Shown here: positions 35,250 to 45,401 of the stretch, piece after piece
Layout of the letters: each line of letters opens with the position of its first letter
Numbering within the stretch: position 1 is the first letter of the stretch
Notes under the pieces: model-generated
Told to the model about the DNA's origin: nothing
Seen by the model: the letters and a program-made list of their open reading frames with translations, nothing else
Database searches by the model: none
DNA from: a virus
Strand: one strand, 5' to 3'
Length of the DNA: 64,000 nt
Virus record (IMG/VR): IMGVR_UViG_3300042691_030776
Position numbers and translations under genes: made by a program

Positions 35250-36063
35250 ACGCGGTTATCTAATACTGGCATCAAACAATGGCCAAGATGACTATGTGGC
35301 CTGTGCTCGTGCTTTGGCTAAAAGTCTACGTTACTGGATTCCTGACTGCAAGATTTGTTTGGTCACCGATGCCGATGAGCACGATCCTGTGTTTGATATT
35401 GTGAGACCTTTTCCTTACGGTGATCAAGATCCCAATGGCAAATGGAAACTCAGCAATGACTGGCAGGCATTTCATGCTAGTCCCTTTAGAGAAACCATCA
35501 AGCTAGAAGCAGACACAGTGATAGTAGAGAACATTGATCACTGGTGGGCATGGTTTGAACATCGTGATGTTGTTGTGAGTCGCGGTATTAAAAACTATCT
35601 CAACGAGTCTAGCCAATCAAGAGTGTATCGTAGATTGTTTGATGACAACGAGTTGCCCGACGTATACAATGCTGTGACTTATTGGAGACTGAGTCAGACC
35701 GCAGCCGAGTTCTTTTATTTGGTACGATTGTTTTTTGAGCAGTGGCCCACGGCAAGACAAACATTAAAGTATTGTGATTCCGTATCCGCCAACACAGACA
35801 TGATCTATGCCATGGTTGCCAAGTACATGGGAGTAGAACGAGTGACATTACCCAGTGACTGGCCTGCAATGACGCACATGAAACCTGCTGTGAACTTTTT
35901 AAAAACAGACGCTAGACCCTGGACTGCCGAAATGGTATGGGAACTAGTCGAAGGTAGATTGAGAATCAACACAGTAGAGCAACAGGGCGTTGTGCATTAT
36001 CATCACAAGGCTTTTGCCAAAGAACTAGAGGAACATTATGGACGCCTTTTGGCAAGCCGCTAA
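35233..36063 (+). CDS. GT-A fold glycosyltransferase-like protein, paralogue of the upstream gene
   Basis: SPFRETIKLEADT (ExD variant), THMKP, VVHYHHK. Confidence 0.6.
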   Translation: MAVEFERGYLILASNNGQDDYVACARALAKSLRYWIPDCKICLVTDADEHDPVFDIVRPFPYGDQDPNGKWKLSNDWQAFHASPFRETIKLEADTVIVENIDHWWAWFEHRDVVVSRGIKNYLNESSQSRVYRRLFDDNELPDVYNAVTYWRLSQTAAEFFYLVRLFFEQWPTARQTLKYCDSVSANTDMIYAMVAKYMGVERVTLPSDWPAMTHMKPAVNFLKTDARPWTAEMVWELVEGRLRINTVEQQGVVHYHHKAFAKELEEHYGRLLASR

Positions 36064-36382
36064 CTCGCACGATTGGGTTCAGCCCGAAGCTAGACAGGAG
36101 TTTAGGCTCTACTATGATGACACAGGAAATGTGTTATACTACAGCATGGAAGATTTACCAGGCACATTCCTTGTCATTGATCGATTGACATTTGATCAAC
36201 AACGATTTGATATCCGAATCAAGGATGGTAAAATCGTAAAGCTGAATCATCCGGCCAGTTGGAAACTGGCGCCCGCCGACTCAGGAACCGCTTGCCATCC
36301 ACAAGATGTTTCTTTGGTAGTGGGCGAAACAGCACACGACAAACAATATTGGGAAGTGAAAACAACTTATGAATCAGATTGA
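36038..36382 (+). CDS. Hypothetical protein (114 aa)
   Basis: GAGG RBS; overlaps both neighbours within the operon. Confidence 0.7.
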   Translation: MDAFWQAANSHDWVQPEARQEFRLYYDDTGNVLYYSMEDLPGTFLVIDRLTFDQQRFDIRIKDGKIVKLNHPASWKLAPADSGTACHPQDVSLVVGETAHDKQYWEVKTTYESD

Positions 36383-37298
36383 CATAGCAGACTTAGACTG
36401 CATTTATTTGAGTTACGACGAACCTCAAAAGGAAGAGTTTTGGGTACGCATCAAGAACATGGTTCCTTGGGCCAAACGTGTAGATGGAGTCAAAGGATCT
36501 GACGCCGCACACAAAGCCGCGGCCGATGCCAGCGAAACAGAACGATTTATACTTGTTGACGGCGACAACTTACCTGATGAACGTTTTTTCAATCTTACGT
36601 TAGAATATCACAGTGATGAATGGGAGCGAGCAGTATATCGTTGGCGAGCTCGCAATCACATCAACGGGCTTATGTACGGTAATGGCGGCATTAGTAGTTG
36701 GACACGAGAGTTTGTATGGAACATGAAAACACACGAAAACACCGATGGCCGAACAGAAACTGAAGTAGAGTTTTGTTTTGATCCCTTGTACTGGCCCATG
36801 TACGATTGCTACTCTACCACATATCCCAATGGATCACCGTTCCATGCCTGGCGTGCCGGCTTCCGTGAAGGTGTAAAAATGTGCTTGGATCGTGGCAAAA
36901 AGCCTACGGTGAGCGAGTTTAAAGATCGTGTGCATAAACGAAACTTTGATCATCTCTCTATCTGGCACAATGTGGGCTGTGATGTAGAAAATGGTTTCTG
37001 GGCCATCGCCGGAGCACGGCAAGGCACATACATGACCATGCTCAGCGAATGGGATCATCGAGAAGTTCAGAACTTTGATTGTCTTAAAAACATTTGGGAA
37101 GCAGTGGCCGCGCCTAGGGAGCCAGCAGATCTCATTGACCAATATCATGAACCATTACTGACGCAGTTAGGACTACCCATGGCCTTCATGCCTCCGTTCC
37201 AGAGTGCATTCTTCAAAGATCATTACAGGTCAAACTGGCATAATCGTGGTGTAATGACTCGAGAGATTGATGTTATCCGGAGCCAAGAAGGATGGTAA
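36369..37298 (+). CDS. GT-A/GT2-like glycosyltransferase
   Basis: LDCIYLSYDEP, AAHKAAA, RFILVDGDN DxD motif. Confidence 0.65.
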   Translation: MNQIDIADLDCIYLSYDEPQKEEFWVRIKNMVPWAKRVDGVKGSDAAHKAAADASETERFILVDGDNLPDERFFNLTLEYHSDEWERAVYRWRARNHINGLMYGNGGISSWTREFVWNMKTHENTDGRTETEVEFCFDPLYWPMYDCYSTTYPNGSPFHAWRAGFREGVKMCLDRGKKPTVSEFKDRVHKRNFDHLSIWHNVGCDVENGFWAIAGARQGTYMTMLSEWDHREVQNFDCLKNIWEAVAAPREPADLIDQYHEPLLTQLGLPMAFMPPFQSAFFKDHYRSNWHNRGVMTREIDVIRSQEGW

Positions 37299-38287
37299 TC
37301 CTGGTTTACACTAGAGATCGATTAATATGGAATCACTCTGAAATGTTAATCGATCTGTGTAAGGCAATGAGCATAGACGATGACATTGTGATAGATCTCA
37401 ACAGCGAAGGCTGCGACTGCAAAGACATAGGCTTATACGATCTCATTGATCAGTGTGCTAAGAAGTTTGATTACGACATATCAAAGATTTCAATACACAC
37501 CAACAACGTATTAGAACGTCACGAAAAGATCAATATAAAAACATCTTTTACTTGGAGTCTAATGAGAAGAGAAGCTAAAATTCACGCCAACGAACCACAG
37601 GTCAAACAATCTACACTCAAACACTTTGGTAGATTCATTGGAAGAAGTAATGCTCCTCGATTGATACTTAGCACTTACCTGGATGAACATCACCCAGAAA
37701 AAACTCTAGGAACTTTTCATTACAATCCGGAAGATGATTTTCACAAAGATTTTGCGGGTCTGGAGTCTATAATAAATGATTTCCAAATAACTAACATAGA
37801 ATCACATGCTAGATTTTTAGCATCCTGTCCGAGATCTGTCAGCAATCAAAACTTTAGATTTCAAGTAGGATCACCAGACGATCACTATACGCAGATGCTG
37901 GCCGGAGACAGGAATCAGTTTGTGAACTTGTATTCGAGTGTCTTTGTAGACATCGTGTCGGAATCCTTTTACAATGGTAATACATTCTTTGTCACCGAAA
38001 AAACCTATAGGCCAATGCTTTGCCTCACACCTTTTATCATTCAAGGCCCAACAGGATTTTTAAAAAATCTCAAAAACTTTGGATTCAAGACCTTTGACAA
38101 ATGGTGGGACGAAGGCTATGACGAAGATCCTCCTGCCTGGGCTATTAAAGAAATAATAAAAGTCATTGAGCACTTGGCTTCTAAGTCGCAGTCCGAACTT
38201 CGAGCCATGCTACTGGACATGCAAGATGTGTTAGCGCACAATAGAAATCTGATAATCGAGATGGATAAAAAACATGTTACAAAATAA
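37292..38287 (+). CDS. GT10-like (GT-B) glycosyltransferase paralogue 1
   Basis: DIVSES...FVTEKTYRP...PF...GFKTF..WDEGYD, resembling the alpha-1,3-fucosyltransferase motif (EN...Y[VI]TEK). Confidence 0.55.
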   Translation: MVILVYTRDRLIWNHSEMLIDLCKAMSIDDDIVIDLNSEGCDCKDIGLYDLIDQCAKKFDYDISKISIHTNNVLERHEKINIKTSFTWSLMRREAKIHANEPQVKQSTLKHFGRFIGRSNAPRLILSTYLDEHHPEKTLGTFHYNPEDDFHKDFAGLESIINDFQITNIESHARFLASCPRSVSNQNFRFQVGSPDDHYTQMLAGDRNQFVNLYSSVFVDIVSESFYNGNTFFVTEKTYRPMLCLTPFIIQGPTGFLKNLKNFGFKTFDKWWDEGYDEDPPAWAIKEIIKVIEHLASKSQSELRAMLLDMQDVLAHNRNLIIEMDKKHVTK

Positions 38288-39698
38288 AGGCGACGAAGTT
38301 ACTACAGATTTTAAATCAAAGTTTCTCAGCGACGCTGAACGAATGAAGCAACAACTGGACTCAGTGAGTCCCAGCATGTGTTTGGCCAAGTGGAAACAAG
38401 TAAGTCTACACCTAACAACAGGACATACCAATAGCTGTTATCATCCTCCCTTGCACAAGATACGAATCGAAGACATACAACGAAGCCCATCGGGCATTCA
38501 CAACACTGAGCATAAAAAACAACAAAGAAAACTCATGCTAGAAGGCACACGCCCCGGGGAATGTCAGTACTGTTGGACCATGGAAGACAACGGCAAGCTC
38601 AGTGATCGACACTATCGTTCGGGTGAGCCCTGGGCAGCCAAAGACTTTGAAAAAATCACACAGGCACCTTGGGACCAGGATGCTATTCCCAGCTACGTCG
38701 AAGTCAACTTCAATTCGGCGTGTAATCTAAAGTGCAGTTATTGTAGTCCACAGTTCAGTTCTAGCTGGATGGATGAAGCAGAACGTGAGGGCGCATTCCC
38801 TACATCAACTCCACACAATGATCCTGCTTACTTTTCAGGCGAACGCAGACCCATACCCAACAGAGAAGATAACCCTTATGTAGATGCATTTTGGGAATGG
38901 TGGCCTACCTTGTATCCTGAGCTGGAACATTTTCGAATGACTGGCGGCGAACCGCTGATGGATAAAAACACCTATCGCGTGTTTGACTATGTACTCACAC
39001 ACAACAACCCCAAGCTACATCTAAATGTCACATCAAACTTTTCAGTAGACGAAAAACTCTGGCAAAGATATCTTGGCTATGTGAAGATGTTGTGCGAAAA
39101 AGAAAAAGTTGAACACTTCATGCAGTATGTAAGTCTCGATGCATGGATGGACAAGGCCGAATACATTCGAAATGGATTGGATTTTAGATTGTTATGGGAT
39201 CGCGTCAATCAGTTCCTTACAGAGATTCCTGGACGTTCTAGTATCACCTTTATTGTTACCATGAACAACTTGTCTGTGACTAGTTTTCAAGATCTCATGG
39301 TAGCGATACTGGGACTAAGACAAATCTATTCAACGACATATCAGAGAGTATGGTTTGACACTCCTGTGCTACGCACACCAACTTGGCAGAGCATGCAACT
39401 GCTGCCAGAGAGCTATGCAGACATGTTAGAATCTACCTGGGTCTGGATGATGAAAAATCTTGAAACTGAAGAAACACGTTTCAAAGGATTTAAAGATTAC
39501 GAACTCAGCAGATTAGACAGAGACATTGTTTGGATGCGTGACGGCGCCAAACTAGACCCAGACTATGTGCGTAGACAAAAAGCAGACTTCTACAGATTCT
39601 TCAATGAACATGACAGACGTCGTGGCACAAGATTTTTAAAGGTATTTCCTGAAATGGTTGAGTGGTGGGTAGATTGCGGAAACTGGAGTAAACAATGA
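38274..39698 (+). CDS. Radical SAM enzyme with N-terminal Twitch module (1)
   Basis: CNLKCSYC, TGGEP; N-terminal CLAKW...SCYH...CQYC. Confidence 0.9.
   Translation: MLQNKGDEVTTDFKSKFLSDAERMKQQLDSVSPSMCLAKWKQVSLHLTTGHTNSCYHPPLHKIRIEDIQRSPSGIHNTEHKKQQRKLMLEGTRPGECQYCWTMEDNGKLSDRHYRSGEPWAAKDFEKITQAPWDQDAIPSYVEVNFNSACNLKCSYCSPQFSSSWMDEAEREGAFPTSTPHNDPAYFSGERRPIPNREDNPYVDAFWEWWPTLYPELEHFRMTGGEPLMDKNTYRVFDYVLTHNNPKLHLNVTSNFSVDEKLWQRYLGYVKMLCEKEKVEHFMQYVSLDAWMDKAEYIRNGLDFRLLWDRVNQFLTEIPGRSSITFIVTMNNLSVTSFQDLMVAILGLRQIYSTTYQRVWFDTPVLRTPTWQSMQLLPESYADMLESTWVWMMKNLETEETRFKGFKDYELSRLDRDIVWMRDGAKLDPDYVRRQKADFYRFFNEHDRRRGTRFLKVFPEMVEWWVDCGNWSKQ
39674..39698 (+). repeat. Direct repeat, copy 1
   Basis: TTGCGGAAACTGGAGTAAACAATGA, 24/25 identical to 40611-40635. 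Confidence 0.85.
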
Positions 39699-40585
39699 AA
39701 ACCTTAGAGATAACTACGCAGATCGGATGCCCGTTGATGTGTACCTTTTGTCCGCAAGACAAGTTGAGACAGGCCTACACAGATCCTATAAAAAAAATGT
39801 CCGTAGAAACGTTTGCCACCGTACTATCTAAACTACCCAAAGATGTACGCATAGTGTTTGCTGGTTACACCGAACCCTGGGCCAATGATTTATGTAATGA
39901 TTTTTTAGAATTATCTTTACAACAAGGATTTGATGTCAGTATCTACACTACGTTATACAACATAACTCCTGCACGGTGTGATCAACTAATCGTATTATTA
40001 AAACAATACAAACTGCAGATTAAAGAGTTTTGGGTACATCTGCCAGATCAAAATAAAAATATGGTTGGGTTCAGATATAGCAAAGATTTTGAATATGCGC
40101 TTGACTGTGTTTCTCGGCTTAAAAATGTAAATTACATGACCATGGATTCAGAATCTAAAATGGATCCTACTATACAAACAAATATTGTGCCGCAGTCTTG
40201 GTATCTGCATACACGAGCAAACAATTTAACAATCAAAAATATTAAACAACAACCAGTGAACTCGCCGCCTCGTTATGAATTTATTGTGGAATGTACACGC
40301 AACAAAGATTACCATTCCAATATATTATTGCCCAATGGTGATGTGATACTTTGTTGTATGGACTATGGACTTAAACATACTTTGGGAAATTTATTGACAC
40401 AATCATACGATGAAATTTTACACGGCCGCGAACTAAAACGATTAACTGAACTAAACAATCAAATAGGTTTTTCAGAAGAAACATTATGCAAATCGTGCAA
40501 TGATGCATATTGTCATACCCCATGGAATAATAAAAAAGTCTGGGATATTGTGGCCAAAATTGACCCGGATAGCCTGGGACTATAA
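39695..40585 (+). CDS. Radical SAM enzyme with C-terminal SPASM/Twitch domain
   Basis: CPLMCTFC; C-terminal C...ILCCMDY...LGNL...CKSC; AT-rich. Confidence 0.9.
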   Translation: MKTLEITTQIGCPLMCTFCPQDKLRQAYTDPIKKMSVETFATVLSKLPKDVRIVFAGYTEPWANDLCNDFLELSLQQGFDVSIYTTLYNITPARCDQLIVLLKQYKLQIKEFWVHLPDQNKNMVGFRYSKDFEYALDCVSRLKNVNYMTMDSESKMDPTIQTNIVPQSWYLHTRANNLTIKNIKQQPVNSPPRYEFIVECTRNKDYHSNILLPNGDVILCCMDYGLKHTLGNLLTQSYDEILHGRELKRLTELNNQIGFSEETLCKSCNDAYCHTPWNNKKVWDIVAKIDPDSLGL

Positions 40586-40610
40586 AATGCCAAGATTTTT
40601 AAAAACATTT

Positions 40611-40635
40611 TTGCGGACACTGGAGTAAACAATGA
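40611..40635 (+). repeat. Direct repeat, copy 2
   Basis: TTGCGGACACTGGAGTAAACAATGA; CAAGATTTTTAAA is also shared (39628-39640 and 40591-40603). Confidence 0.85.
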
Positions 40636-41657
40636 CCACTGAATTTATTGGAGTCTATTTTTCTGAAGATATGGAATATTCTTCTGAAGAGCGATTTTGC
40701 AGTGCTGATATTCTGAATCAGATCAATTTGGCATTCCCAAATGAAAAAAATCTATTGGTCAATCTTACCTGGTTTGGGCCACAGTTTGACAACGATACCT
40801 GGGATCAGTTGTTGCATCTGGAAAATAACAAAATACATTTTGATAACGTATTCTTCTTGGCCACGGTTGACCCAGCATATCTGAATGTAACTGAATTGCA
40901 ACAAGTAAAAAACATGGTCCAGGCTTTGAAAGTTTTTTATTTAGGTAACTTTGACAGTGAATACCAGTTTAATTTTTTTGCACCTATAACTGCAAAAAAG
41001 TTTAAAAAATATGATGATAATCAACTGTTATTAGATAATCTAAAATATTTGTTTGTTAACTATAATAGAAAACCCAAACAACATCGTGTTGAGTTTGTTA
41101 AAAAATTAATAGCTCAAGACTTGTCTAGTCTAGGAGTTATCACTTTGGGAACAGATGCCACAAATGATCTTTTGTTGACCATTGGTGAAAAAGACGAAGA
41201 CTATCTTGATTACGGAAATTCCAAAGTGCATTGGGGGAAGTTTGGAGTACCACACGACATGTACAGTTTACATCGTATGGACATTTGGAATCATACCTTT
41301 TTGTACATCAATGGTGCAACAGAATTCAACCCAGTCAATGATTTATTCTGCCAGCAAGACACATTCAAACCCATGATTGGGCTACGTCCATTTGTGATAA
41401 ACGGTGTACAAAAAACCTATCGATGGCTCAGGAATCATGGTTTTAAAACTTTTAACCAGTACTGGTCACACATTGACATTGAAAACGGAGATGTACACGA
41501 TACGTTGATAGAGTTAATCAAGTATTTAAAAGCAACTCCGTCGGAAGATATCATCTCCATGTACAATGACATGTTGCCAGATTTGCAACACAATAAACAA
41601 AGATTTTATGAATTTGCCAAGGAACAAAAATACAAAATGGAACATCTATTTCAGTGA
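40632..41657 (+). CDS. GT10-like glycosyltransferase paralogue 2 (variant motif)
   Basis: YNRKPKQHR; ATE...FCQQDTFKP...RPF...GFKTF (TEK replaced by QQD). Confidence 0.5.
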   Translation: MTTEFIGVYFSEDMEYSSEERFCSADILNQINLAFPNEKNLLVNLTWFGPQFDNDTWDQLLHLENNKIHFDNVFFLATVDPAYLNVTELQQVKNMVQALKVFYLGNFDSEYQFNFFAPITAKKFKKYDDNQLLLDNLKYLFVNYNRKPKQHRVEFVKKLIAQDLSSLGVITLGTDATNDLLLTIGEKDEDYLDYGNSKVHWGKFGVPHDMYSLHRMDIWNHTFLYINGATEFNPVNDLFCQQDTFKPMIGLRPFVINGVQKTYRWLRNHGFKTFNQYWSHIDIENGDVHDTLIELIKYLKATPSEDIISMYNDMLPDLQHNKQRFYEFAKEQKYKMEHLFQ

Positions 41658-41674
41658 GATGGATATAAGATATC

Positions 41675-42688
41675 ATGCAAATCATCCTTGAACCAGGTCT
41701 GGCTCTTAACTATCTCAGTCACGACAGTGACATCACTGTGGGGCATCTTGCCATGACACCTGACATCTATGTGATTAGTCTTAGGACACTGATACAAAAT
41801 TGGCGCCATGCCAGAATCCTTGACATACTAGAACTAGGCGGTCGTATTATTATAGAAAAAACAGATGAAAGTGTGGTAACTCAATGGCATATAGCATCCA
41901 ATCCACATTATTTGTCTAAAATGCAATCAGGACAGATACGTTGGATCACCGGCGGAGATGCACCCAACGGAATAGTTAACTTAAACTCAGAACATTTTTT
42001 GGCAGCCACTATTGGTAGTCAGCCCTACGGTGTTCCATTGCTAGATTACAACAGGTACAATCGCAAACACACATTTCTTTTTACAAATCGAAAACTGCGA
42101 CCACACAGACAGTATCTTATTAATCTTTTACAAAAGCAAGAGCTATTGGAAAATGCGTTATGGTGCAATCACGACAAAGACATTACCTGGGGGCATCCTG
42201 ACTTTAACAAAGTGTATTCTCAGGAAACTGTGGAGACCAAACATTTACCCGCAGGGTATGATGTCGATGCTGACTGGGTTGACGGAGTTATTGTTCCAGC
42301 ACAATACAAGGAAACATGGTTTACATTGGTTTCTGAAACAGTGTTTGAAACGCCGGCAAGTTTTCGAACTGAAAAGTTTTACAAGCCTGTGTTAGCTGGG
42401 CATCCTTTTATAGTGTGCGCTAACCGTGACTTCTACAAAGATTTAAAACATCTTGGATTCCAAACGTACGGACAATGGATCGACGAGTCATTTGATAGTA
42501 TCGATGACGGTCAAGAAAGAATACAACGGTTGGTACAGGAAGTATCATGGCTCACGCAACAAGATTTACCAAAATTTTGGGAAGAAACCAAGGAAACACG
42601 TTTATATAATCTACGCCATGCATTTGCGATACATAGTAGTCAACAACAGACATTTACACAACAGCTGAAAGATTTCGTCAATGCCTAG
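41675..42688 (+). CDS. GT10-like glycosyltransferase paralogue 3
   Basis: NRKLRPHR; LVSET...FRTEKFYKP...HPF...GFQTY..IDESFD. Confidence 0.55.
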   Translation: MQIILEPGLALNYLSHDSDITVGHLAMTPDIYVISLRTLIQNWRHARILDILELGGRIIIEKTDESVVTQWHIASNPHYLSKMQSGQIRWITGGDAPNGIVNLNSEHFLAATIGSQPYGVPLLDYNRYNRKHTFLFTNRKLRPHRQYLINLLQKQELLENALWCNHDKDITWGHPDFNKVYSQETVETKHLPAGYDVDADWVDGVIVPAQYKETWFTLVSETVFETPASFRTEKFYKPVLAGHPFIVCANRDFYKDLKHLGFQTYGQWIDESFDSIDDGQERIQRLVQEVSWLTQQDLPKFWEETKETRLYNLRHAFAIHSSQQQTFTQQLKDFVNA

Positions 42689-44033
42689 ATTAAATAACGA
42701 AACCGACCTCGAATACAAACGCAGAGTGATTGACATCAAGTCCGAATCATTCTGCGGAGCCAAATGGTACAATGCCACTATCTGGCTGGGTTCAGGCATG
42801 ACCACCAGCTGTCATCATCCCTTGCCGCACCGAGTGGAAGTAGCAGAAGTAGAAGCTAACCCCAAAGCCTTACACAACACACAAAAGAAAAAAATGGAAC
42901 GTGAGCAAATGCAACGTGGCGAACGTCCCCGAGGTTGTGAATACTGTTGGAAGATTGAAGACATTGGACGAGACAACATTTCAGATCGTGTTTACAAAAC
43001 TGTATTATACTCAGATGAGGATCTAGCACATGCATACCGGACACCACCCAGTGAAGACTTTGATCTACAAACACTGGAAATCGCTTTTGACCGTACTTGC
43101 CAATTCGCTTGTTCTTATTGCAATCCGGCTTTCTCAAGCACATGGGTGCGTGATATTAAACAACACGGATCCTACCAAGGATTGATCAGCGACGGTCGCA
43201 ATCACTTTACACATCCGCATGATTCGGCACAGCTCTATACCATCAACGATCGTAACCCTTATGTGGAAGCGTTTTTTAAGTGGTGGGATTTGAGCCTGCA
43301 CCGCACTCTCAAAGAACTACGCATCACAGGCGGAGAGCCTTTGATGTCAGGTTACACATGGAAACTGTTGGATTGGTTCAAAGAGAACCGTGGTAAATCT
43401 TCTACTCGCCTGGCCATAAACTCTAACCTAGGCATGTCAACAGAGGATGTAGTCAAACTGTTGGATCGAGCACAAGGTGTTACACTGGATATCTATACCA
43501 GCAACGAAAGCCTGAACGAAGATGCTGAATACATACGCGACGGACTCGAATGGAATCAATGGATGACCAACATGCACATGTTAGCTGGCAGTGGCCGCTT
43601 GCGCGGACTGCATGTGATGTGTACTATCAATGCACTGTGTTTGGAAACTTTGCCTGACTTCTTGAACCTGATGTTGAAGTTCAAACAACAGTACGGTAGA
43701 GATTTTCCTACCTTTACATTGAACATACTACGATTCCCCAGCTTCCAAAGTCCTCTGGTACTGCCCGATGACATCAGAACACAATATAAAAATAACCTAC
43801 AACAATGGTATGACGACAATAAGAACAGTGAACTGTTACATCAGATGGAGATCAATCAGGTGCAACGATTGATCGATTATCTTGACGTTGTAAAAACCCC
43901 GCATTCAGATACATTTGATCGTGCTAGTTTACACAACGATTTTAAAAGATTCCACGAACAATATGATCAGCGTCGCGGAAAGGATTTCCGCAAAACATTT
44001 CCTGCCTTGGCAGATTGGTACGATTCATTATGA
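42681..44033 (+). CDS. Radical SAM enzyme with N-terminal Twitch module (2)
   Basis: CQFACSYC, TGGEP; N-terminal CGAKW...SCHH...CEYC. Confidence 0.9.
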   Translation: MPRLNNETDLEYKRRVIDIKSESFCGAKWYNATIWLGSGMTTSCHHPLPHRVEVAEVEANPKALHNTQKKKMEREQMQRGERPRGCEYCWKIEDIGRDNISDRVYKTVLYSDEDLAHAYRTPPSEDFDLQTLEIAFDRTCQFACSYCNPAFSSTWVRDIKQHGSYQGLISDGRNHFTHPHDSAQLYTINDRNPYVEAFFKWWDLSLHRTLKELRITGGEPLMSGYTWKLLDWFKENRGKSSTRLAINSNLGMSTEDVVKLLDRAQGVTLDIYTSNESLNEDAEYIRDGLEWNQWMTNMHMLAGSGRLRGLHVMCTINALCLETLPDFLNLMLKFKQQYGRDFPTFTLNILRFPSFQSPLVLPDDIRTQYKNNLQQWYDDNKNSELLHQMEINQVQRLIDYLDVVKTPHSDTFDRASLHNDFKRFHEQYDQRRGKDFRKTFPALADWYDSL

Positions 44034-45400
44034 CAAAGAAAAGCAACCTTAGCAACTACAACTGGAAGGATCGGGTGCCCAGTTGGATTCCAATGGAACA
44101 ACTAACAGAAAAGCAACAACATCGCTTGATGCATTCTGACACATTTTGTATGTTACCCTGGATTCATTTACACGCCTGGCCCGATGGCCGTGCCTATCCT
44201 TGCTGTTTGGGCAAGGCAGAACATCCGGTGGGCAACTTCAAAGAAAAATCTATGAAAGAAATCTGGAACGACGACCCCATGCGACAGATGCGCCGTAACA
44301 TGCTGGAAGATCGACCCTGTGCTGAGTGCGGAGACTGCTATGAACAAGAATCAGCAGGGTTTGCATCCATGCGTAACAACTCCAACAAGAACTTTGCTCA
44401 ACACATTGACTTAATAGATCAAACGTTGCCCGATGGTACCTCGCCAGATATGAAGTTACACTATTGGGACGTGCGCTTTAGCAATATTTGTAATCTTAAA
44501 TGCCGTAGTTGCGGTAGCATTTTCTCAAGCCGTTGGTATGACGATGACATCAAACTCTGGGGCAAAGAGCTACGCCCACGTGTACAGTTTGCTGGACGCC
44601 ACGAAGAAGATGTCTGGGAACAAATGCAAGAACATATTCCGCATTTAGATCAGATCTATTTTGCAGGTGGTGAACCCTTGATCATGGAAGAGCACAATCG
44701 TATTCTCAAACTCCTGATTGAAAAAGGCAACACCAATGTACGATTGATCTACAACACTAATCTAACTGAACTACGTTTTAAGAAAGAAAGCGTGATAGAT
44801 CTATGGAAACATTTCCCCAATGTATGTGTGGCCGCTAGTTTAGATGACATGAGAGAACGTGCGGCAGTTATCCGGTCAGGCACAGACTGGGCGCAGGTGG
44901 AACAAAATATTCGAGATATCAAACGCGAGTGCCCGCACATTGATTTTATGATCTCGCCTACATTGAGTCTTATGAACATATGGAACTTTGTGAAATATCA
45001 TCGTTATATGATTGATCAAGGATTCATTGAACCCAAAGATTTTAATCTCAATATCTTGCAAGGACCAATGAACTATCGTATTGATCTACTACCACCAGAT
45101 ATCAAGCAAAGATTCAAGAAAGAGTTTGAGGAACATATTGAATGGTTGATTCCTAGAGATCCTATACAACGTGCAGTTGGCGGGTTCCAAGCCGCTATTG
45201 CTTTTATGATGTCCACCGACAACAGTCATCTGCTTCCAGAGTTTTGGAAAACAGTAATGGATCTTGATTGGGCTCGCAATGAATCATTGGAACAAGTAGT
45301 TCCTGAACTGGTAGAAATAGCCAGTTACAAACCAGATCACAGAAGATTGCCTATTGATCGCAATCATCGTGTGCTGAAACAACACAGTCAGTTTGAATAA
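44030..45400 (+). CDS. Radical SAM enzyme with N-terminal Twitch/SPASM module (3)
   Basis: CNLKCRSC, AGGEP; N-terminal CMLPW...YPCC...CGDC; start at the ATGA overlap. Confidence 0.9.
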   Translation: MTKKSNLSNYNWKDRVPSWIPMEQLTEKQQHRLMHSDTFCMLPWIHLHAWPDGRAYPCCLGKAEHPVGNFKEKSMKEIWNDDPMRQMRRNMLEDRPCAECGDCYEQESAGFASMRNNSNKNFAQHIDLIDQTLPDGTSPDMKLHYWDVRFSNICNLKCRSCGSIFSSRWYDDDIKLWGKELRPRVQFAGRHEEDVWEQMQEHIPHLDQIYFAGGEPLIMEEHNRILKLLIEKGNTNVRLIYNTNLTELRFKKESVIDLWKHFPNVCVAASLDDMRERAAVIRSGTDWAQVEQNIRDIKRECPHIDFMISPTLSLMNIWNFVKYHRYMIDQGFIEPKDFNLNILQGPMNYRIDLLPPDIKQRFKKEFEEHIEWLIPRDPIQRAVGGFQAAIAFMMSTDNSHLLPEFWKTVMDLDWARNESLEQVVPELVEIASYKPDHRRLPIDRNHRVLKQHSQFE

Positions 45401-45401
45401 T

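Noticed and set aside
31581-41676. Similar imperfect palindromes ATGGATATA(TTA)AGATATCAT at 31581-31601 and 41659-41676
   Set aside because: Only two AT-rich copies with different spacing; chance cannot be excluded
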